Source of the DNA: Octopus sinensis
Taxonomy: Eukaryota
NCBI RefSeq assembly: GCF_006345805.1
Contig: NC_042997.1
Location: forward strand, 18,538,001 to 18,602,000
DNA: 64,000 bases
Direction of reading: 5' to 3'
This document shows, one piece after another, positions 54,690-64,000 of the stretch; position 1 is the stretch's first letter; every line of letters begins with the position of its first letter. Position numbers and translations under genes: made by a program. The notes beneath the pieces are model-generated. The model worked only from the letters and a program-made list of their open reading frames with translations, searched no databases and was not told where the DNA came from.

Positions 54690-57240
54690 TAGACTCCATA
54701 ATTACAGGAGACTTCAATGTACTCACCACTTCCTGGTTTTTTTATATAATACAGACAAAATGGAGATAGCATAATAGCATCACAAATAAACTTCCTTTAT
54801 ATCCTGAATGACCTACTTAAATACACACACAAACTCCACCAGGTCAACAACAACTCTTTTCAAGACATAGATTTTTGGTCCACACACCTATCTACCACAG
54901 CCACCTGACTAACAATCCCTGAACTTTCCTCAAACTACCTACCAATTATCATTACAACACACTAACACATTAATGAATAAATCAAAAACACCTTTGGAAA
55001 TTTAAAAAGAAAAAAAAAAAATTAAATGTGTTCAATCAAGAAACAGAATCAAGGTTTTTCAGACTTCATCATCAGCACAAACTAGTTGAGACACTGCTGT
55101 ACAATACTCAATAAAATAATTATAGAAATATCCAGAGAACATAACCTACAAAGCAATATATAAAATAATACATAATCGCAATTACATACCAACCAGAAAT
55201 AACTAACCTCATAAATATCAGGGAGAACCTAAAACACAATACAAATGAAATAAAACTTAACATCAAACATCTGAAAAGAGAGATAATGAAAAAAATATAC
55301 TATATAACAAAAAACTGGCTAATATTTGTGTCCAACATAAACTACAAAAGGTACAACAAAAAACTATATAGAGTCATTAGCAGCATCAACAACTGCCACA
55401 TCGCACCCTATGTTACAATAACAATCTCAAATAATATACTTACACTGAAGTACTAATTTAAAACTCTTATTAGGCATTTCTAGAAAATCAGCTGCTAAAA
55501 ACCATACACAGAAGGTTGGAATCCAAATTGAAAAATGCACACCTTCTCCTTAGATGCCAAATTGACCCCCTTCCTTCAATCAGGCACCAAAAAAATCAAT
55601 GGTAAAATCTAAAAGTTCATAAATCTATGGAGTAGACAAAATTACAAAAATATCCTTAACCACCTAGGGCCAGAAGGAATCACAACAGTCATTAATATCT
55701 CTCTAACTATTTGTACTAACACTATCGAATTATTCCCAGATTCTGGAAGTTGATCAAAATCATAAAAATTCTGAAGCCAATCAAAATCCTAACTAACACC
55801 AGAATAAATCCCTCTCCCTTCTATGCATAACCTCAGAAAGTTTAGAAGCACTAATTTTTGCCTTCACAAACCATACGACCCTCTCTCCAAATCAGTAGGT
55901 TCAGACCATTTCACTTAACCACTACACTACTCACAGAACTAACACAGAAAATACATAATGACTTCAAAAGGATACCTTCCATACATGCCATTCTAAAACC
56001 TGCTGACATTGGCAATAATTTTGACTCCATTCCCAGCTACCCACTCTTAAGCTATTATTCAACATCACCTTAGAAACAATAAGAACCGCTGGCTAGTTAA
56101 ATATCTATCACATTGCTAAGTCTATATTTCAAGAACAGTATTTTCAGAACTTCTAGTTTCCTGAATGGAATACTGCAGGGATCCATATACTTGCCAAGGC
56201 TTTTCAAGATATACCTAACCAACTTTCTATTATTTTCACAACAATATACAGACTCCCTCATACAAGGGTGATATTAACCCTTTAGTATTTAAACAGACCA
56301 TATCCTGCCCAAATATTCTACCTCTTTTATGTTCAAACTGGCCTGATTTAGCCTCTCATATCAACCCTACCACATCATTCTAAAATTAAGTCACCTCATC
56401 AAAATCTAAAAGATAATGCAAGAATATTTCAAAATATATTAATAAATAAGCATGACATTTGACAGGATAAATGGTTAAACTCACATACATCACAATTCTT
56501 TAGTCACTGTTGCACAAATATTCCAAGCCTATTTAAATCATTCAAAAATGTGGTTCTACTATAACAAACTTAAAAAGCACTACCTACTAATTCATATCTC
56601 ACTTCTTAACAGAATCATTAAAGAGCATAAAAACCATCATATTGAGTAACATAAGCCTACTGTACACACTTGCATGCATGCACACACACACACACACACA
56701 TGCACAGAAGACAGAAGTACATGGAGGAATTTTATCTATCTCTATAACACTCACATCACACATAGAAGACATTGTAAATAAAATAATTTGACACACAAAC
56801 ATTCTTAGAGCAATAACAAATATCACATTAAGCTAACTGAAAGAAATAATAACAATAGTGTACAAACTATACAATAGATCTATTAACAACTATGATTACA
56901 CTATCTGGGCCCTTAGTGTTCCCACCACAAACTGTAATAAATTATAACATGCACAAAATAGTGTGCCCTATGCATGTTTCATACATAGATCACGTTTGTA
57001 GAAAAAATAACAAAAAAGCAAAACTGACTACAAAAGGCACAGTTTGTTACCACAGAAAACTTTAATCTCCACAATCCCTTCCACTATATGAAAAATCACT
57101 TGCAAACATTTATACACATTTATATAACACTGCAGAACACTCTTACAAAAGCATTTTTACAAACATCTTTCCCAAACAAGAATAAGGAACACATACACCT
57201 GGAAACATCTAAACATTAATAACCTTACTGTCGAAACGCT
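54690..57240 (+). mobile_element. Degenerate Jockey/I-like LINE (APE plus RT)
   Basis: IITGDFNV at about 54705; RFRPFHLTTTLLTELTQKIHNDF..ADIGNNFDSIP (ORF 55858-56073; cf. GFR..HSTTT..DISKAFD); GILQGS at about 56170. Confidence 0.75.
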
Positions 57241-57674
57241 GCATTGGGTTGCACATGACCTACAATAAATGTGGTAGAACAAGAAATGTTGCACTCTAAC
57301 CAAGTCCATCTTCAACAGGATGTTTTGCTGTCTAGTTTCCTATCTCAGTTTTGTGAATTTAAAGTTTTTTTTTTGTTATTAAATTTTTTGTCACAGTTGG
57401 TGAACAATAGCATTGATAGTTTTACAAATTTCCAAAAGTCAATTGCTGGTTTACTGCATTTCTGACTGAAATATGAAATGACAAGATGCAAAAGAAATCT
57501 TACAAATGACTTAATTTGAAGAGCAGTGATTAAAATTTTTTTCAGTTTACTCATTGATGCGCTTATATCTTTCATCACTAGACATTGGTAAAAGATACAC
57601 ATATGTATGCAGATAAACACACATGCACACAAGTATATATGCCCACGCATACCTACATACATTATGTGAAGGTA

Positions 57675-57965
57675 CGTGGCTTATTGGTTAGGGTATTTGG
57701 TTCCTGATGGCACATTGAGTCCTTGAGAAAGACACTTATTTCACATTGCTCCACTCCACTTAGCTGGCAAAAATGAGTGGTACCTATATTTCAAAGGGCA
57801 AGCCTTGTCACATTCTATATCATGCTGATCTCCCTGAGAACTACATTAAGAGTATGCATGTCTGTGCAGTGCTCAGCTACTTGTATGTTAATCTAACAAG
57901 CTGGCTGTTCCATTGATCAAATCAACTGAAACACTCATCATTGTAACTGATAGAGTGTCAGTTAC
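57675..57965 (+). mobile_element. Family D-like SINE
   Basis: GTGGCTTATTGGTTAGGG head; CACTTATTTCACATTGCTCCACTCCACTTAGCTGGCAAAAATGAGT core. Confidence 0.7.
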
Positions 57966-59942
57966 AAACATTATCTGATTAGTTTCTGCACTATCCATCT
58001 ATAAAATTCCACTTAGAGGCTAAAATTTCAATCTGAGGCTATGATAAATGACATGAGACCAAGGTGTTACTGCATAGGGAGATTGGATCCCAGAAGCTTC
58101 TACTTGGAAATTATTCTCTAAATGCTTGCACTAGTCAACTATGCTTTTGTGTCTATTTGGTAAGTTAATAAAACAATTGCTCACATGTCAAGTTTATTGA
58201 AATACTAATACATTACTCTTCTCAACTAAAATTTGGATATGCAAAAGAAATCCTCTTAGTAGCTTAATATTTTGAATCTTAAAATGGTAATATAATATCA
58301 TGCTAATCTTTATTTCAATATTTCAGACTCCAGCAAAAATAATTATTTATCTTGCTTAGCCACAAAAGCCCCTTTGTCACATGGTTTACTGTCAAAAGAA
58401 CCGACATTAAGATTCCTGATAATCTATTTTACAGGAAGTATGAAACATTTCTATTAAAATCCATGCTACAAAAGCACTACTAATTCACATCTGACAAAGC
58501 TATCAGACTTTTGTGCTGAAGTCTCTAATTTCACAGAGGTTTTTCTTCATTATGGTGAGTACTATTTGATTTTGCAATAATGAATCTAACATAGAAAACT
58601 AACAGACTTTTAAATGAATTTTATTAAAAAATATAAACTTATTAACTCCCGAAAGACTTTATGTTAATAGAATTAGTAATTACTTACTTAAGCGGTTCCT
58701 TAACCAAACTATTTCTCTTCCTTGAATTTGGAGAATCAATTCAAAATGAATTCAGTAGTGGCCATGATATTTGTGTTCTGGAAATAGGGTAATTTATCAA
58801 TTAGATAGAGTTTGCCTTTTTTTCATTTATCTTTATACTGGACATCATTAGTCTGCTATTTCCATTTTGATTCAAATATAAATTTTTCTGGATAGCGTTT
58901 TAGAAAATAAAGAAACAAATGAAAGTGCCCATGTTGTTCCCAGAGTTATGTTTGTTCAACATTACCATTTGTTCAACTGCTAGAAATAACTGAATTTTAA
59001 TAAATTCTTTAATTGATGAAAAAGCCTGAAAGGAGAATTGAAAATAAATATCATGAGAATATTCAGATACACTGAGGTATCATCATTATTATTAATATCT
59101 ACAAGTCAAAATTGGGCTAACATCGGGCAAAATAACACAACATATTCTGTTAAGTTTCTGGGTTCAAATCTTGCTGAAATCAACTTTTTAGTTTCTTTCC
59201 AAGGTTCTTTACAAGAAATTTCAGACTTGATGCTCTGCTTGTTTTTCTGATGCAGCAGAAACTAGCAAACTTATATTAACATCCAGTCAAACTAAAAAAT
59301 ATATCAGTCAATAAGGATGAGGTTGTTCACAAATGCTTCCCTACTGATAGATATATTTTAGATTTTCTTTTCAGTATTTTCCCAATTTTTTTTTTTTTAT
59401 CATGAAGCTCTTCATTCCTGAACACTTTTAGGAAATAGCGATAGAGGTATAGATTATTTACAACTGACAAGGTTCTTCAAAGTTAGGAAGATTCAGCTGA
59501 AGATCAATGAGAATTCAATGAAACATATCGAAAGGATGACTTAGAATCACTTGAAAATAAATGATTTCAAATGGTATTGGTGATACAATATTGGTACTAA
59601 ATTCCCAGATTACCAATTCCTGATATTTTCAGTTTCTAGACATTACTGCATAGTAGTTTTCAGTTAAACTTTTTTTATGTAAAGCATGTATGCTATGGAT
59701 CTTGGAGGTGGAACTTGGGTACAAACACTAGTTATCTCCTTATGCTCAGGACTAATAGGATTAAGGAATTTGAAATATATAGTCCTATAGATGCAGACAT
59801 GGATGTGTGGTTCAAAAGTTTGCTTCACAGTTATGTGAATAAACTCAATAATTCAGACTCACAAAAACATCATCAATTTTAGTGTTACAACTGTAACACT
59901 ATAACTGATGACTGTCTTGATGCTACTACATGATAAATAAGA

Positions 59943-60216
59943 ATATTCTGTTAAGTTTCTGGGTTCAAATCTTGCAGAAATCAACTTTTTAGCTTCTTTC
60001 CAAGGTTCTTTACAAGAAATTTCAGACTTGATACTCTGCTTGTTTTTCTGATGCAGCAGAAACTAGCAAACTTATATTGATATCCAGGAACCAAATGCCC
60101 TAACCAATAAGCCATGTACCTTCACATAATGTATGTAGGTATGCGTGGGCATATATACTTGTGTGCATGTGTGTTTATCTGCATACATATGTGTATCTTT
60201 TATCAATGTCTAGTGA
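59943..60216. repeat. Two-template local duplication: direct copy of 59142-59286 fused to an inverted copy of 57575-57706
   Basis: By manual alignment 140/145 and 129/132 identical; CAG shared at the junction. Confidence 0.93.
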
Positions 60217-61436
60217 GATCTATATAACTCAGTCATAAATAAAAAAAGAGTAAGAAGATAGAAACTACTACATCTACTCCATCATATTAGCCAAGTTAAG
60301 AGAGTGTTATATCTGCTTTAAACTGTTTTCAACTAATTTAAATAATTTTTAGGTGTCAACCAGATGTGTAAAAAATATATTCTACAAAGTTAGCATATTA
60401 GTATCAGATTTTTTAAGAGATAGTGTAATGTGTAATACCACGCTTATGCATTATACCATAAAATAAATAAGATATATATAGATAAATGCCCAAACAATGA
60501 AATACAACAGCAAATTACTGGTTTAGAAATTGAATAATAATGAGAATTAGTAATGTTTTCTCTAAAGAATTGTGAGCTATGGTGAGTTTATTTGAAATAA
60601 ATGTTATGAAAAGTATTTATTTTATAAATTTAAACAGCAGAATAGAAATTCCAGAAAAGAGTAACTAATATAAATATTTTCAAGTGGATAAAGGAAATAC
60701 ACAACTTTCCTATAACATAAACAAACTACAGTTAAAATAAACATTTTCACATTAATCCATTACAGTTTATCTAATTTAACGAAATTTCATTTGAAACTAT
60801 TATTTTTCTACTTCTTTTATCTTTGCCTTAGTTATTGAGAATATAATGGTTTATTGGTTTTCCTAAATATTTATTGATTTTCTTTTTCCACTGACAGATC
60901 TTATGACTATATTTGTAAAATTACCTGTTATATTAAAGCCCAGATTATTTCAAAGGAGAAAAATTGCATTTTCTCTGAAATAATCATTTTGCAATTGCTA
61001 ATTTAAATTTTCAGAATTTGCTGTATAAACAACAGCATTGCTGCTATATTTTAATATTTGGCAAATACTATTGAAAGAGTGAGAGAGAATATATTAAAAT
61101 TATACAAGAGACTGAGAATAAATATACAGCTTAGTTTAATAAGACAAAGTAATATTGTATTTTAGCTATTAGAGCCTTCAAGCATATATAGATTAGATAG
61201 CAATGAGGTTTAAAATAATGACAGACTGTAAATGCTCATCACATCAACAACCATAGTGTGACTCTACTGGTTTAAACTGAATAAGGAATAGTAACATATA
61301 TTAGATACATAAGGTATAGGTTACCCCAAGCCATTCAAATAGTTACTTAAAATGTTCTTAGAGAGTATGAAAAGATGAGTTATTAGGACTTTAAAAAACA
61401 AACATAGCTTTCAGTTTGATCTCAATACGTACCTTG

Positions 61437-61652
61437 AACGTAGTGAGCTGGTAAACACGTTAGCATGCCAGGTGAAATGCTTACAGGTATCTCGTCTGTC
61501 TTTACATTCTGAGTTTAAACTCTACCGAGGTCGACTTTGCCATTTATCCTTTTGGGGGTTGATAAATTAACTACCAGTTGCATACTGGAGTTGATCTAAT
61601 CGACTGGCCCCCTCCCCAAAAATTTCGTGCCTTGTACCTAGAGTAGAAAAGA
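61437..61652 (+). mobile_element. Family A SINE
   Basis: GTGAGCTGGTAAACACGTTAGCATGCCAGGTGAAATGC head and AGTAGAAAAGA end. Confidence 0.85.
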
Positions 61653-62314
61653 ATATGTGACACCTTGGGCAAGTGTCATCTATATTCCAAAGAAAATAAC
61701 AAATAAATTACCAGATGGGATGCCTTGAGGTATTTGTTCCAGCTTATAGAATTCTGTGTTCAAATCTTGCTGTGGCCTATTTTGATATTATACTTAATCC
61801 AAAACCTGGTTAAGCATCACCACTTGGTCCTTGGGTATCTTTAGCAGAATCCACTAATTTGTAAGCATTTGACTAGGTTCCTGATTTGAGAATACTTTTC
61901 TCCTTTTCATAAAACTCCACCATCACTGTTGCCCTGTAAAGTGTCATGTGCTTTGCCATTCTCCTGATTAAACAATTAAAATATTATTTTGTTTCTATGA
62001 AGAACATGCAAAGGCAACAGAAATGTGATTCATGAAGTAATAAAAATAGTCAGCTAGGGGTGTTTTCTAATATAGTCTGATGATTGTTTGTAAATTAATT
62101 TCTCAGAGAAGAAATGACAGACTATTCAATGTGGTTGTTGTGTAGATTGAACTTCAATAGGTTGTGGTTTTTTTATGAAAAATTTGATGGAAGTAAATTA
62201 TTAAAATATTTGCAGCTCTCACCCAGAGTGAGTAAGATTGGTATTTAGTGTATTATCTATGTTTGAAGATATAGTGATGATAAAGATCGGTGATAAAGAT
62301 GGGTATATGAGTGT

Positions 62315-62612
62315 GTGGATGGCCTAGTGGTTAGAGCAGCGGACATGCGGTCCAGGAATCATGGGGTCGAATCTCAGGCTGGGCGATGCGTGTGTTTATG
62401 AACGAAACACCTAAGCTCCACACGGCTCCAGCAGAAGGTAATGGCGAACTTCTGCTGACTTTTTCACCACAACTTTCTCTCACTCTTTCCTCCTGCATTT
62501 TGCTGCCCACCTGCAATGGACCGGTGTCCCATCCAGGTGGGAAACCTATATGCTAAGGAAACTGGGAAATTGGCCCTTATGAGCCAGGCATGGCTCAAGA
62601 AGGAACAAACAA
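62315..62612 (+). mobile_element. Family C SINE with 12-bp TSD
   Basis: GTATATGAGTGT at 62303-62314 and 62613-62624. Confidence 0.88.
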
Positions 62613-62829
62613 GTATATGAGTGTAAATCTGGAGACATGGTATGCAACTTGTTAGTTTAGAAGAGTAAAGTCATCCTTGACTAAACAACAGCCACAACAA
62701 TAGCAGCTGAGTGCTGAGTCCCAGCATGAACTCTAGAAGATGATATAGACTGCAAACCTTTTTGTTTCATCTCACTTGTTTTCTATGTGCAATAAAATAT
62801 CAGTAAAATATAGCAGGGTACTAAGAGCA

Positions 62830-63190
62830 CCATATGAGTGTGATCGTTGACAGAGCGGCTAACCGGCTTCCATGCCAGTGGCACATAAAAGGCACCATTC
62901 GAGTGTGATCATTACCAGCGTTGCCTTACTGGCACTTGTGCCAGTGACATGTGTAAAAACATTCGAGCGAGGTTGTTGCCAGTACCACCTGACTGGCTTC
63001 CATGCCGGTGGCATGGAAAAGCACCCACTACACTCTTGGAGTGGTTGGCGTTAGGAAGGGCATCCAGCTGTAGAAACTCTGCCTGATCAAGATTGGAGCC
63101 TGGTGCAGCCATCTGGTTCACCAGCCCTCAGTCAAATCGTCCAACCCATGCTAGCATGAAAAGCGGACGTTAAATGATGATGATGATGAT
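62830..63190 (+). mobile_element. RTE-associated 3'-UTR repeat with internal tandem subrepeats and (GAT)n tail
   Basis: GAGTGTGATC and GGCTTCCATGCC each occur twice; 3' part matches 44270-44420 and 16100-16258. Confidence 0.8.
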
Positions 63191-64000
63191 CTTCTTCACC
63201 TGAAATGTCATCTTTACCTGAAAATATAGGTCTTAATTTTAAAAATAAAAACTCAATCTCAAAACACATGTGCGCACATGGGCACACACACACATTAATA
63301 GAGATAGGCATATATGGTCTTTCCTAATGCAAATTAGAGCATGTGTGGAAAAAAAAAATCACAGCTAATATATATGTTCATCCATGAATATCAAAAATAC
63401 AAATGACATTTGATACAGCATTGCAAAAGATACAACAAATCCTATTTTGTTTGTTCTTTTCAGCTTCCCATTATTTGGAAACAAGAATGAAATAGTATAA
63501 TGCAATAAGCTATTTAGTGACAATCTTTTATTAGAAAGATTTAGGAGAATATCCTGTGGCAAAATACAAGATTATGTCAGCTATTCTAACAAAAAGATTC
63601 TCTCACCAAATAAAGTAAAAGACATAATCCAAAATGATTAAATAAATAAAATAAAATAAACTTACTACCCAGCAAAAAAAAAAAGATACATTTTTAAAAT
63701 GAAAATTACAGAAAAAGAAGACAAAAAGTCAAAGTATTTTTAAGCAATTTTAAATCATTTCTTCCATAATACCATTCCAAAAGAATATGATTATATATGT
63801 CTGTATATGTGTGTGTGCGTGTGTGTATGTGTCTGTGTGTGTGTATTTATTTTTTGTTCTTAATTAGTTGGTGTGTTGCTATCTGCATGAATCAAGATTG
63901 GATTTATTTTATTTCAATAACCCTGAGCTATAAGAAAACATTGCTCTTTGTATTTCTTTGGAAAATTTATAAATGTAATTATGATGCATTTTTTAAACTT

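Larger units (their letters stand above)
46873..60980 (+). pseudogene. Putative decayed multi-exon gene (coiled-coil-like segments plus DM10-like motifs)
   Basis: Exon-like blocks 46873-46947, 47731-47853, 48047-48182, 52689-52759, 53968-54119, 57397 onward, 58327-58554 and 60898 onward; several have strong splice sites, and most carry 1-2 stops or a frameshift. Similarity to NME7/EFHC DM10 domains is by eye only. Confidence 0.4.

Overview
AT-rich eukaryotic genomic DNA, most likely from an Octopus species (inferred from the density of (AT)n/(AAT)n microsatellites and the repeated tRNA-like SINE families). Almost every ORF in the supplied track is a microsatellite or repeat artefact, and I found no intact, nameable protein-coding gene. 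The window is dominated by decayed mobile elements: an RTE LINE abutting a Buster/Charlie-type hAT transposase, a stack of four R4/Dong-type retrotransposon 3' fragments (5.2-9.3 kb), two mariner elements with TIRs, Jockey/I-like and RTE LINE remnants, and about 25 SINE copies of four families, several with clear TSDs. Between them lie exon-like segments with good splice signals. These are a plus-strand chain at 9.8-10.6 kb, a stop-riddled plus-strand chain at about 42-61 kb with a by-eye resemblance to DM10 domains, and a speculative minus-strand chain at 13-43 kb. The clearest unexplained structures are a near-perfect 283-bp palindrome (40201-40483) and a two-template insertion (59943-60216). 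All protein similarities were recognised by eye; no searches were run.
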